Source: Octopus vulgaris | Lineage: Eukaryota | Length of the DNA stretch: 64,000 nt | NCBI GenBank assembly: GCA_951406725.2 | Contig: OX597825.1 | Coordinates: 71,238,001 to 71,302,000, forward strand | Reading direction: 5' to 3' | In this document: piece by piece, positions 1-12,699 of the stretch | Position numbering within the stretch: position 1 is the stretch's first letter | Layout of the letters: every line of letters starts with the position of its first letter | Translations under genes and position numbers: made by a program | The notes under the pieces: generated by a model | The model's input: only the letters and a program-made list of their open reading frames with translations | The model's database searches: none | Told to the model about the DNA's origin: nothing

Positions 1-139
1 ATGTGGCTAAATATTTGTTATGTTTCTCAAAGGGGAGGCCTATGGGACGGTCGGGCAAGTTGTTTTGAGAAAATTTGGTTTAAATGTTTGACAACTCAGC
101 ACCATCCATTGGATGGGGGTGTTTTACTCATATATATAT

Positions 140-340
140 ATATATTTCTGTGTCTGTTTGCCACACCACACACACACTTTCGCTCGTCAACTGATGGTGG
201 TTCGGCAAAAGAGACCGGTAGAATAAGTGCTAGGCTTACAAAGAATAAGTCATGGGGTCGATTTCTTCGACTAAAAACCCTTTAAAGCGGTGCTCCAGCA
301 TGGCCGCAGTCAAGTGATTGAAACCAGTAAAAGAATAAAA
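140..340 (+). mobile_element. SINE family A, 3' half
   Basis: ggttcggcaaaagagacc...aagaataagt...gtgctccagcatggccgcagtcaa...aaaagaataaaag matches the 3' half of full copies at 26010, 33368 and 61784. Confidence 0.8.
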
Positions 341-382
<42 letters not shown>

Positions 383-799
383 TTTAAGAAGATTGTGATT
401 CCTGTCTGTGTAGTAATCTTTTTCTTTCTCGTCTCCTCCACCAACTTACAAGCAACGATTTCAACACGGTATTCAAGTTATGTTGGAGATTAGGAAAAAA
501 TGAGAGATCTAATAGCTGCTGGTTTGTTTCTTTATGAAATTCATTGCACAAGGAAAGAGATATTTGCTGGTTGACAGAATTCATTTTCTTTTTACAAGCG
601 AGCTCCGCTGCTCAGCCATTTATTGTTCTTCTTGTAAACTGGCTTCGAAGTGTTTATCTCCAGCCTTATTAGATACGTTGAAAGGAAATATAAAACAATC
701 TGTAGTATATTTTATCATCTTTCTTTCATAACTAATACTTAAAAGCTTCAATAGATGTTTAATTCTAAGGAAAATTTTTGTTTCAATCATTTAGTTATC

Positions 800-1240
800 A
801 CTCTCCCTCTGTCTTTCTCTTACTCTGTCTCTCTCTGTCTTTCTCTTACTCTGTCTCTCTCTGTCTTTCTCTTACTCTGTCTTTCTCTCTCTTTCTCTTA
901 CTGTCTCTGTCTGTCTCTCTCTTACTCTGTCTCTGTCTGTCTTTCTCTCTCTATCTTTCTCTCTCTGTCTTTCTCTTACTCTGTCTTTCTCTCTCTGTCT
1001 TTCTCTTACTCTGTCTTTCTCTCTCTGTCTTTCTCTTACTCTGTCTTTCTCTCTCTGTCTTTTTCTTACTCTGTCTTTCTCTTACTCCGTCTTTCTCTCT
1101 CTGTCTTTTTCTTTCTCCCTCTTTCTCTCTCTGTCTTTCTCTTACTCTCTCTCTCTGCCTTTCTCTTTCTCCCTCTTACGCCGTCTGTCTTTCTCTCACT
1201 CTGTCTGTCTTTCTCTCACTCTGTCTTTCTCTCTCTCTTT
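800..1240. repeat. CT-rich minisatellite with ~30-bp period
   Basis: Unit ctctctgtctttctcttactctgtctttct repeats at 961, 991, 1021 and 1051; explains the L/S/F-rich ORFs 755..1278. Confidence 0.9.
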
Positions 1241-1649
1241 TGATCACAATGTTTTCCCTTTCATCTTGTTCACTGTAGTTTGCTTGATAAATCCTTGTCT
1301 AAGGACCAACATTCTGTAAAAATATCATTAGTTTATTTTTAGTTGTTTGTTGACTCTGATGGGTTGACTTGCAATATCCTTCATAGGAAACAAAAAAAAA
1401 AACCCCAAAAACATAGAAATTAATATACCTGAACCCCCCCCCCCCTCCGTTTTTATCCTGTAGCATCTAAATGTAGTCATATGAAAATCGAGAGAGACGT
1501 AATAGATAGATAATACTGACAGAAACGTGGTATGAATAAGAAAATCCCAAAACCCAATCTTCAGTTAAGAGATAGTGGAAATGTATCATGCATTTGTGTT
1601 TCTTTTTGAAGGCCTAATTTTGTTTCCTCCCATTTGTTTCCCATTTTCG

Positions 1650-2161
1650 ATTTCGTTATTGTTTATAACTTGTAGTTTGGCCCAGTGACAAAGCAAACAG
1701 GTTACGAATATACACCTCGTCGTTTGGTATTTGCTAGGCTCGGTTAGCATTAAGTGGGACTATGGCATTATCGGTTTTCTGCGAGGGCTTAAATTAGAAC
1801 TGTTTAACAAATATTATTTTATAGCGAAACCCCACAGTCTCCTAGTTAACGTTTCGGTGGACGCCAGCGATAGGTAGCACACACAAGTTGGAATTTCTCC
1901 ATTTTGATGGAGATTTTTCAGATTTTTTCCCCCCGGTGCTCATGGAAATGACGAAGAGCATTTAAGCAAAAAGGAATTTTTCGAAAATGATGTTTTTTTT
2001 TTGTTTACCCCATCCTTCGCCCCCCGCCCGACCGATTTTGCTCGATTTTGCTCACCATCATTTCTAAGGGCACCGTGAAAAAATTTAAAAAATTTGAAAA
2101 ATCCCCGTCGAAACGGAGATATTCTGGCGAACGTAAAGTGAACCTCACCCACTTTTGTGGC
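1650..2161. mobile_element. CpG-rich segment, probable DNA-transposon terminal/subterminal region (family unassigned)
   Basis: Abrupt CpG enrichment and A/T-tract subterminal style (ttttcgaaaa, aaaatttgaaaa), ending ...cccacttttgtg; no partner TIR found. Confidence 0.3.
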
Positions 2162-2189
2162 AAAAACATGTCACCAGTTCATGTGTCTT

Positions 2190-2405
2190 GTAGCAGGTTT
2201 CATCTCATGGATGCTCCGGAATGCCTCACCAGTGATGTCTTTGGACTCTCAGGGGCTTTTTGGTCTTTCACTATCAGACTTCATCTTCCTAATTGACAAA
2301 GCTGGGATTAACCAAGTCCCAGCTTGCATCCCAGTCGCAGAAAACCTTTGGCTTGCTCTCTTAATTCAAAGCCACCTAGCACCCTCATCAGCAGCTTCAG
2401 TAACA

Positions 2406-2407
<2 letters not shown>
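2190..2407 (-). mobile_element. 3' end of a Hero/NeSL-like RLE non-LTR retrotransposon, degenerate
   Basis: Minus strand reads AVTEAADEGARWL*IKRASQRFSATGMQAG, then gtctgatagtgaaagacc...acatcactggtga...gcatccatgagatg, resembling the Hero C-terminus (AAE.ASRWLWIKR) and 3' UTR from memory. Confidence 0.6.
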
Positions 2408-2454
<47 letters not shown>

Positions 2455-2600
2455 AAAAATAGGATAAAATCTTTATAAGAATTTATCAAGTGTGAAAAAC
2501 CTCATAAGAGAAAAATTCATCAATTTTTCTCTTAAATTTATTTATATCACATTGAAGGCATTACTATAGCGTGTGGCATTTATTTATAGTAATTCCCTCA

Positions 2601-2642
<42 letters not shown>

Positions 2643-3007
2643 ACTCTCCTGTTGATGACAACATATGAGTGTTCAACTGTTATCAAGCGATCTGCACAAA
2701 TGTTTAAAGCGATCAAATGTTCGTGTCACACATTAGCTCACTCTCTCCATTAGATTGACATTGTCTGAACAGGTGCAATGTGTACCATGCGTCAGGTGTC
2801 AAAGTGATCACAGAGCAATGTGAGATGAAGTGCTTTACCTAAGAATACAATGCACCACCTGGTCTAGGAATTGAAACCATGAACTCGCAGTTGTGAGTGC
2901 AACAGTCTGACCTCTTGGCCAATACATAGATATATATATATATGTTTTGCGTCCTTGTATCACCCAGTTGTCTGGATGTTCTTGTCCCATTTGTATTTTA
3001 TTTTATA

Positions 3008-3045
<38 letters not shown>

Positions 3046-3048
<3 letters not shown>

Positions 3049-3506
3049 TCTTCATCATCATTGTTTAACATCCACTTTCCATGCTAGTATGGGTTGGACG
3101 ATTTGACTGATGACTGGCGAACCAGATGGCTGCACCAGGCTCCAATCTTGATCCGGCAGAGTTTCTACAGCTTGATGCCCTTCCTAATACCAACCACTCT
3201 GAGAGTGTAGTGGGTGCTTTTACGTGCCACCGACATGAGGGCCAGTTAGGCGGTACTGGCAATGGCCATTTTCAAATGGTGTTTTTTACGTGCCACCTGC
3301 ACAGGAGCCAGTCCAGCAGCACTGGCAATGACTTTGCTCAAATATTTTTTCACGTGCCAGTAAGGCGACACAGGTAACAATCACGCTCGAATGGTGCCTT
3401 TTACGCGCCACCGGCACAGAAGCCAGTTAGCCGCTCTGGCAACGATCACACTCGGATGGTGCTCTTAGCACTCCGCTACCATGGATGCCAGTCATCGAAT
3501 TTGATT

Positions 3507-3510
<4 letters not shown>
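3046..3510 (-). mobile_element. SINE family B with (GAT)n tail and internal ttttacgtgccacc repeats
   Basis: catcatc..gtttaacatcc..ttccatgctag..gatgcccttcctaa..ccaacc motif; other copies listed below. Confidence 0.85.
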
Positions 3511-3547
<37 letters not shown>

Positions 3548-3584
3548 TTCACTTCTTTCCTTGTGATACTGACTTACAACTGCA

Positions 3585-3715
3585 GGTAATCTGACCTGAT
3601 GAAAAGCTTAGCTGTGTATATAAATATAATTATATATCTATTTATATGTGTGTCTGTGTGTGTTATGTAAGACATATTCAAATTGGCTTGGAAACATATG
3701 TAGTACCGATTTACC
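3585..3715 (+). ncRNA. Minimal type-I hammerhead ribozyme-like motif with an expanded stem II loop
   Basis: CTGATGA 3596-3602; aagc/gctt stem II around a ~80-nt AT-rich loop; GAAAC-ATAT-GTA 3691-3702; stem I ac/gt plus ggtaa/ttacc. Confidence 0.6.
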
Positions 3716-3773
3716 CTCACCATTCCCTACACCTTTTAATTAACATTTCAATATATTTCTTTTTCTTCTTCAG

Positions 3774-3859
3774 GTCTTTTGTTGAAGGTATCGGGGAATC
3801 TATTCCAAGAAAAATGTAATTGCTGGTACCAGAAAGGCTAAATGATGACCTCTAAGAAG
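3774..3859 (+). other. Candidate non-coding (UTR/lncRNA) exon
   Basis: Polypyrimidine acceptor tttctttttcttcttcag and donor AAG|gtatgt; stops in all three frames. Confidence 0.35.
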
Positions 3860-4179
3860 GTATGTTGTTTTTAAAGAATTCCTTTCTTTATATTTATTTC
3901 TTTTTATATCCATAAAACACGGAGACAAGCTACACTACACTACAAACATTTGATCACCTATCTCTGATCTGGCTGGTCTTGGTCAGTAAAACATGTATAT
4001 AACCAAATTATAGCATGTATCTGCACTTTATCTTTTATTTTTAACATTTTTAGTGTTGTCTGGCATTGTCCTTGGAGGTCTTTTGATATTTTCATACTTT
4101 GAGTTGATGCTTTTCATGGTGATACTGTTTTACTTGTTTCAACTTGAGAGCTGTGACCATTCTGGGGCACTGCTATTGG

Positions 4180-4445
4180 TGTTGCTACATCTTCATTAAT
4201 CCTCCTTTGTGGGCTTTTGGCGAACGAGGGAGTCCAATGTTGCTGCCCTCGTTTGCATTTTCTACTGTGAAGTTGGTTTACCTGGGACTCTTGACTGGAG
4301 AAATTCTGATTTGAAGACATCTACATCCACCCCATGTAGGTCTCTCAATTCTTTCTGGAAGATATTGAAGAACTGTGGGCCCTTGATCCTGAACTATTGC
4401 AACATCTGGTTTTGATGGCAAGGGTGGGATTTGTGGAACCTTGTT
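4180..4445 (-). mobile_element. Degenerate L2/CR1-group LINE ORF2 C-terminus
   Basis: Minus strand reads ...IKGPQFFNIFQKELRDLHGVDVDVFKSEFLQSRVPGKP, like the GP.LFN.LP..LR....FK...D..L..VPD.P LINE terminus. Confidence 0.65.
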
Positions 4446-4454
4446 CTGGTCTTT

Positions 4455-4812
4455 TCTTTTACTCTTTTACTTGTTTCAGTCATTTGACTGCAACCATGCT
4501 GGAGCACCACCTTTAGTTGAGCAAATTGGCCCCAGAACTTATTCTTTGTAAGCCTAGTACTTATTTTATCGGTCTCTAAGTTATGGGTACATAAACAGAC
4601 CAGCATCGGTTGACACACAAATACATACATACATATATATATACATACACATATATATGATAAGCTTCTTTCAGTTATCATCTACCAAATCCACTCACAA
4701 GGCTTTGGTCGGCCCAAGGTTATAGTAGAAGACACTTGGCCAAGATGCCATGCAGTGGGACTGAACCCAGAACCATGTAGTTGGTAAGCAAGCTTCTTAC
4801 CACTGTGCCTAT
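4455..4812 (-). mobile_element. SINE family A (tRNA-like head, CORE-like accttgggcaagtg block, internal TA/TG microsatellite)
   Basis: Reverse complement of the 26010..26430 copy. Confidence 0.9.
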
Positions 4813-5083
4813 ATGTGTTAGTTCTTTTTTTTTTTTTCTGAATAAATTTTCAATTTTCAATTTAAAGTATGATTTTATCCATTTCTCAAATCCAAGTCCT
4901 TTCATTTGGCACTCAGTGGTGTTAGTAACATTGCCAGAGTGTTGATGCTTCTGTCATTGATCATAGTTTGGTGTGTCGGATAGAGATAGAACTGGTGTTA
5001 TTCTTAAGTAGGACCATCTCAGGGAAGTTAGCAAACTACTCAATGACACTTGTAATGTGTTTGCATCCAATTATGTAATGCCA

Positions 5084-5125
<42 letters not shown>

Positions 5126-5283
5126 AACAACAGGTGAAAACCTGATTCAACAGGTAGTTACTAACCCCCAAATCAGCCCTGGTTCAGATTTATGATTGAA
5201 GACATGTGTGCATGCACGTGCACACACATGCACACACACACACACACACACAGACAGACAGACACACACACACACACAGACAG

Positions 5284-5314
<31 letters not shown>

Positions 5315-5777
5315 TGTTTGATATTTGTTGAATTGGCTGTGTTGTTAGAGTGTCAGATTGTTTTGCAGTATTTGTTCTGGCTCTCAGTATTAGGAGTTCA
5401 TGTCGTGCCAAGATCAGCTTTGCCATCTGTCCTACTGGAGGTGGAGTGGGGGTCAATAAATAAATCCTAATCTTCCTAAGCGGGGCTGGGAAGATGGGTG
5501 GGTCAATTCTTCTTTGTCTCTCTTTATGTCTCTCTCTACACTTGAGACTGTTCAAATCTGGGCAGCCAGATTTGAACAGTCTCAAGTGTAACTGCCTGAA
5601 ACAGTTAGGATAATTTGGTAACTTGACTGATGAGAGGAACTTGCAAATGACCCATCCTTGTTTTTTCCTGTCCGTCTTTTTATTGTTTTCCTGTCCACCT
5701 TCGCACCGTCTACCAGTCTGGATGTTTTAGAGGTCTCTTGCATTCTTGTTCTATTTTCTGGATATATATATATATAT

Positions 5778-5945
5778 GCTGCTGGCATGTAAAAAGCACC
5801 CAATGATTGATGTTAGGAAGGACATCTGGCCATAGAAACAATGCTACAATAGACAATTGGAGTCTGGACAGCTCCCAGCTTGACCAGCTCCTTGTCAAAT
5901 CGTCCAACCCATGCCAGCATGGAAAGCAAACATTAAATGATGATA
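5778..5945 (+). mobile_element. SINE family B, 3' part
   Basis: tgtaaaaagcacc...aggaaggacatc...cgtccaacccatgccagcatggaaagc...aaatgatgat. Confidence 0.75.
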
Positions 5946-6002
5946 TTTCTCTCTATTTTACTCTCTTTTTTCTCTCTCTGTCTCATGCTGTCTTTCTTTT
6001 TG

Positions 6003-6041
<39 letters not shown>

Positions 6042-6299
6042 TTCTCTCTCTCTCTCACTCTCTCTCTCTCTATTTCTCTCTCTCTCTCTTGCTTTCTACT
6101 TTTATCTCTGTTTCTCTTAGTCTCTCTCCATCTTCCTGGAAGAAATTGGCTGTGGTGAGACCTGGAGAGGAAGAGCTCAACAGGTCAAAAACTACCCAAG
6201 ATATGCTACATCTCACAACATTACCCCTATGATTCCATTAGGATTTGAAGGCCCATACCAAAGCATTCTGTTACTGGGTGCCCTTTCTGTATTTTCTCT

Positions 6300-6460
6300 G
6301 AATAATATAATTTTTTTTTTAAATTCCAAAGATACTATAGCTAGTTACCACCCTTGTACTATTTTACCAGGGTTTGCACTTGAGACCATGATCCACCAGA
6401 TTACTATGTAAAACACCCAGGCCAGTTTGATACCCCTACAACTGTATTGCTGGCTCTCCA
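6300..6460 (+). mobile_element. Highly degenerate LINE RT remnant
   Basis: SYHPCTILPGFALETMI resembles the RT motif NYRPISLL...K.LE..I. Confidence 0.3.
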
Positions 6461-7583
6461 CCACCCCATCTCAGCTCTGTAAATATGAAAGCACTAATTG
6501 TCAGACATACTAGCATAGCTTGACTAGTAATTAACGAAACCCAGACAGCCTTCCCACATAGCTGAGCTATTAGGGGAAATATTGATCTCGAGCCTAATAA
6601 TAGGGTTACCGAAGTTATTCAGCTATTTCTGAATCTGTTCCCCCATCCTGCGCACCCATTTGCGTTCGCCCTTCTCTTGTGAATCTGCTTTATCCTCTTC
6701 TACAATCTATCGCATAATCACTCCACTACAATGTGACCTATAGCTAATATTATATGAAAATAAAAATAGTACAAAACATAGTCGAAATGTTTTCTACAGC
6801 TGTGTATTTACTATTTTGTTAACAATATAATTACAAGACTTACTCACTGACAAACTTCATATTAAAACCAAGATAGACTATAAGTATTTCGCTGGTGCCA
6901 ATTTGGTACCCACCTCCCTCTTTCTCTCTCTCGCTCTGTATATATCAACAGTACTAATTTTGAAATTTGTTTCTGTGTGATTGTGTGTCTATATATGATT
7001 GTGTATGTATGTATGTGTGTGTGTGTGTGTGTATGTGATTTTTGTGTCATTGTGCATATATTTATGTGTATGTAATTATCTAGCTTGTACAGTTACATGT
7101 TGACTAATGGTGATATCATCTGCTTTAACAACCTACTCTTATTTAATTTAATGGTTTTATTTCTGAGAAAATTTTTTCCTCAAAAAGCAAAGAAAAAAAA
7201 TACAAAACATTAAGAAAAACAAGTAAAAAAAAAAAAAACTAAACAAAATGAAACCACAAATAAAAAGTAAAACTTCAGTTTGGAGTTAAACCCTAATGTT
7301 GTGGTAACCCCGTTCTCATCCAATCACCCCTTAATGTAAAACATTTGAAGTATTTTGTTCTCCACCTTGCTACATCAAAGCAGGAATTGCAGATGGCCAA
7401 TCTGATAAAATGTTGGCCTATTTGATAAAATTGATGGTGCAGTAGTGCATATACCAGCTTTGATGCTACATTGTGTTCCTGGCAAAATGCACTTAGCTTT
7501 GGATGGCTCAGTTGACCCAGCTTTAAAAAGTTACCAAAGATAAAGAAGTGGTTTATATTTAAGATGTCTTTTGTTTACTTGTT

Positions 7584-7823
7584 GTTCTCTGGGGAGAGTC
7601 ATTTTCTTTTTGTACCTTATAATGTAACAACGCTCACCGGTAAAATTTCCCCCTTTTTCTTATTTTTATTTTCCTAAAATTTTCGTTGCGTCTTGCAACC
7701 TTTTCAATAGTTTTGACTCATTATAAGGCACAAAAAGAAAACGACTCTCCCCAGACACAACAGAATATTCTTCAACACACGAACTCATATAAAGAATCTT
7801 GCAAACCAAATCCCAAAACGAAA
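7584..7823. mobile_element. 240-bp 5'-inverted retroelement insertion (Penelope-like) with 15-bp TSD
   Basis: TSD ttttgtttacttgtt at 7569-7583 and 7824-7838; ~45-bp inverted repeat (7580-7624 vs 7719-7762). Confidence 0.7.
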
Positions 7824-8630
7824 TTTTGTTTACTTGTTAATTGCTGAACTTAATGTTCTTTCTCATAACTGCAAAAGACAAGTAACTCCTACAATGGTTT
7901 GTTACCATTGTCAAAGATGTGGTCGAAGAGGCCTATGATAAAAACTGTTCCAGTCATGACCACCCCATCAGACAATACATCCAGGTACACTACAGTAGTT
8001 TCTCCTCCAATGCTACAAAAGATAAAAAGAAATCATCATAGCAGCATTGTACTTTATAAAGATGTTCCACCTGTGACCTTCCCATCTTTTACTCAGACAG
8101 TATATCCTGGACCACATTATCTAATGTTCCTTTTAAAAACAGTAGTGTGACTTGAGAGTAACTTGGCTATAATTTCTAGCAGGTTGAGTGATTGCCTAAA
8201 GCAGACATGGGAGTCTTTTTCTAGAAGTGGGTCGCATGAGACCTGGTTCAACATCAAGCAGGCTGCACTACTAGAAACAAATTCAAGGTAATTTTTTTTT
8301 CAGATGTGCTTTTCAGAGAGATGCCTGCAGGTTGAGAGGGGTCCTCAATGGCTCATATATAAAAAGGAAATGTTTAGTCATGCAAATAAAAATATGAGTT
8401 AAGGAATGGAGTAGATAAAGCCTGAGCTACATATGTTTTATAGCGAGTGGAACCTCGACAGTGGTAAATATCCAAGCGAGATGTATGCCATAGGTTACTC
8501 ATTAGGCCAAGGCCATCTTTATTAAATGAAGTTTACAGTGTCGTTAGGAAGCACATGTTAACACATGGAAGATTTGATCAGAATATATATACAGATATGT
8601 GTGTGTGTGTTCCTCCTTATCTTGACATTG

Positions 8631-8880
8631 CATCATCATCATCATCATCGTTTAGCGTCCGCTTTCCATGCTAGCATGGGTTGGACGGTTCAACTGGGGT
8701 CTGGGAAGCCAGAAGGCTGCACCAGGCCCAGTCTGATCAGGCAATGTTTCTACAGCTGGATGCCCTTCCTAATGCCAACCACTCCATGAGTGTAGTGGGT
8801 GCTTTTACGTGCCAGGCGAGGCTGGCAAACGGCCATGATCGGATGGTGCTTTTTACGTGCCACCGGCACGAGTACCGTGC
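8631..8880 (-). mobile_element. SINE family B
   Basis: Same motifs as 3046..3510. Confidence 0.85.
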
Positions 8881-9767
8881 ATAACTGTTGTAAATGAGTG
8901 TCACTGTCATACAAGCAGTGTTGTTCATTTCTTCTATGCTGTGAGAACATGTTTAGCCTCAGGAAAATGTTACCTTGCTTTGAAACTTGTTAGGGTTGGC
9001 CACAGTAAGGACATCCAACAACATAAAAACCTGCCTCAAATATACTCTGCCAGACCCATGCTAGCTGAGGAAACTGGATGTTAAATGATGATAAATTCTG
9101 TCCAATTGCCACAACACACCTCTTTATACAGAACATGGTAATTCTTGATATTTATCACTAAACTGTTAGCCATATTTTTCATACCTTTCTCATTATAACT
9201 CTAACCCTTCATTATAATACATTGAGATAAAAATGAAAAAGGGTGGGATCTTTCCTTTTCTTTTTTTATTTCTCCATTAATTAATGATGTTCTTTCACAG
9301 ACCTTTATATATATATATTTTTAAATGTGAAGTACCGTGATTTAAAATACATACAGGTAGTCAGTAAATGCTATAATTATAGAAATATATTTCTTAAGAG
9401 CTGGCCTATTTTGTTGTATACATCATATTTTTAGTTTTCTTTTCAACATAACAATTTCTCTGTTACTGCTGCTCATGGCCTATTTCTTATAGATTGCTAT
9501 TTCAAAGACTTTGCTATTTTTTTCCCCCCTTCTTTGGAATTAAAACTAACCTTTTAGCTTCATGCATCTTAAAGATATGTAGTTATTGATTTTTTTTTTT
9601 TACCTTCTAAAAGACCATTCTTATTTAAAACTGAAAGGAAAAGCTTCATAAAGGAAACATTTAGATGAGTTATTATTATACTATTTTTAATTCTCTCCAG
9701 CTTCCTTCCTTGATATAGATTCTTCTCGTGAAGATTAATAAGTTAACTTTCAATTATTTTTGGCATG

Positions 9768-9818
<51 letters not shown>

Positions 9819-10476
9819 GTGTGTGTGCATCTTCTCTTTCACTTGTTTTGTCATTGGATTGTGGCTGCTCTAGGGCAACACTTTGAAGGGTTTTAGTCAA
9901 ATGAGCTTATGTTTTTTTAAAGCCTGGTACTTATTCTATCAATCTCTAATGCTGAAGTTAGGGGTATATAAACAAACTAACACTGGTCAAGCAGTGGTGA
10001 AGGACAAACACACACACACACATGTCTCTCTGTCACACTCTAACCTTTCATTATCTAACACAAGATCCCTTCCTCCAATGTCCCCTTTCCTCTCAAAATT
10101 CCTTGTCCTGCAAGTTACTTGGTGACCCTGCTGATGCCATGTAAAAAGCATCCACTCCACACTGTAAAGTGATTAGCATTTAGAAGGACATCCAGCTGTA
10201 AAAACTATGCCAAAACAGATACAGTAGCCTGGGGTAGTCTTCTCCCTGGCCACCTCCTGTGAAACCGTCTAACCCATGCCTGCATGGTGGACAGACATTA
10301 AACGATGATGAGGATGATGATGATATATCTGATGGGCTTCTTTCATTTTCCATCTATCAAATCCATTTACAAGGCTTTGGTTGGCTCAAGGCCATAGAAG
10401 ACTTCCCAAGCATTAAACTAATATATCTGTTTGTTGTCGACATCACCTGTCTTCGTCTTTTTTTTTTGTGAATTCT

Positions 10477-10518
<42 letters not shown>

Positions 10519-11249
10519 GTGTATATGTGTGTGATGGGCTTCTTTCAGTTTCCTTCTATTAAATCCACATCCACTACAAAACTTTGGTTAGCCTGGGGTT
10601 ACAGCAGAAGACACTTACCCAAAGTGCTATTCAATGGGAATGAACCCAGAACCATGTAGTTTGGAAGCAAATGTCTTATCACATAGCCATGACTGCACCC
10701 AGTTAATCTCGGTAATTGACTGTTTATTTCGTCATCTTAGTTGCCTCTCTGATGCTTCGTTAAGTAGCATTAACACTGGGTTTATTATTAGTGTTTCGTA
10801 TACATCATCATCATTATCACATCTAATATTTTCTGTTTCTCTCTCTCTTCCTTGTTTTCTTCCTCTCTTCAAGTACTCTGTAATTATAAATATTCTCGAT
10901 TAATTAATTAGTTACCATGCTCTATCAATATTTATTTCTAAACACTTTATACATCAGCTTTTTAAACTGTAATGGGAGTGAGTGGGTGGATATAAAAGAA
11001 GTTCTCATCCTGTTTACCGAGGTTCCAAGGTTATCTTCCCTTATCAAAGATCACACTGGTAAAACAGATCAAAGAGGAATTTATTATAACTCAATTCTGG
11101 AAGTGTACTTACATCTTATGCCTGCTGTTCGAAAACAATTTGTAATTAGATTTTTGTGTTTTTAGAACAAATTTGTAATCGGTGTTATTAAAGATAAAAA
11201 AAAAAAATTCTGTGATTTAGTGCAGTTCATGTCTTTCTATTTTGAATAT

Positions 11250-11455
11250 GGCAAGCTGGAAGAACTGCTAGCATGTCAGACAAAATGCTTAGCAGTATTT
11301 CGTCTGTCTTTATGTTCTGAGTTCAAATTCTGCTGAGGTCAACTTTGTCTTTCATCCTTTCAAGGTTGATAATAAAATAAGTACCAGTTGAGTATCGGGG
11401 TTGATGTAATCAACTAGCCCCTTCCCCACAAAAATTCCAGGCCTTGTGCCTTAAA
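11250..11455 (+). mobile_element. SINE family C (Nin-like central domain)
   Basis: gttctgagttcaaattc..gaggtcaacttt..tttcatccttt..gat..aaaataagtaccag. Confidence 0.8.
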
Positions 11456-11462
11456 AACGATT

Positions 11463-11825
11463 CATCATCATCATCATTGTTTAACATCCGTTTTCCATGC
11501 TAGCATGGGTTGGATGGTTCAACCAGGGTCTGGGAAGCCAGGAGGCTGCACCAGGCTCCAGTCTGATCTGGCAGTGTTTCTACAGCTGGATGCCCTCCCT
11601 AACGCCAACCACTTTGTGAGTGTAGTGGGTGATTTTTACGTGCCACTAGCACAGGTGCCAGGCAAGGCTGGCAACAGCCATGATTGGTTGGTGCTTTTTA
11701 CATGCCACCGGTACGGAAGCCAGTCAAGGCGGCGCTGGCATCGGCCACGTTCGGATGGTGCATTTTACGTGCCACCGGCACAGGTATCACAACTACAATT
11801 TCCATTTGATTTTTTGATGTTGATG
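11463..11825 (-). mobile_element. SINE family B
   Basis: Same motifs as 3046..3510; source of the spurious 241-aa ORF. Confidence 0.85.
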
Positions 11826-11872
11826 TATATTATTATTATTATTACAGTAAGCACCATTATCATTATTATACA

Positions 11873-11915
<43 letters not shown>

Positions 11916-12229
11916 AGTAAGCACCATTATCATTATTATACTCATTTATTGTTGTTATTATTATCATTATTATTGGTTCTTCTTCATAAATTTTATCGCA
12001 GAGCATTTTTTTTAAAAGGCCCTTTTTCATTTCAGAATATGTTGATTTTCATTTCCTGTTTGGCTGGCCTTAAGCTGAATGGAATTATTAGAAAAATGTG
12101 TTGGGATTCCATAGCATGTATCCACTTATATTCACTCCCCCATTCATCAGCATCAATATCATTGCTGCTGCTACTGCTGCTGCTGCACTTTATCACTTAC
12201 CCTTTTGATATCAGCACAGCTAGTGTGTG

Positions 12230-12500
12230 AGCCAACAAACTGGTTGGCTCCACCCCAATTTCACAAAACCTGCTCATTGAAACCCCTCTGCCAGCATCTT
12301 GCAATTCATACTTTACTATACCTCTTTCCCCTCGCCAATCTCTCTCGCTGTCATAAATTTGAAGCTAAACAATAAACATAGTCATTCTTTTCACAATTCT
12401 CTTTTGCTCTGGAACTTCTTTTCCACCAATGTCTATTCATTCACCAACAGCTTTCTGCTTTTAACGAACTTAACAATTAATCATACCCAGCTCACTGACT
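12230..12500 (+). mobile_element. Very old LINE (CR1/L2/Jockey group) 3' remnant
   Basis: HSFHNSLLLWNFFSTNVY...IN resembles SFF....LWN.LP..V termini. Confidence 0.35.
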
Positions 12501-12663
12501 TTCTCTGCACCACCACTATTCCATTCAAGAGGTATCACAGGTGAATGGGTGGATCCCCTTCTCATTAGGCTTTCGCAAATGAAAGCAGTAAAAACCTCAC
12601 CATGAAATAATTATTACACCCCATTCTCTCTCTCTCTCCTTTTCTCTCTCTCTCTCCCTCTCC

Positions 12664-12699
<36 letters not shown>

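Noticed and set aside
755-1278. 160-aa hydrophobic ORFs
   Set aside because: Translations of a CT minisatellite
11505-12230. 241-aa ORF
   Set aside because: Runs through a SINE and an (ATT)n tract; no domain
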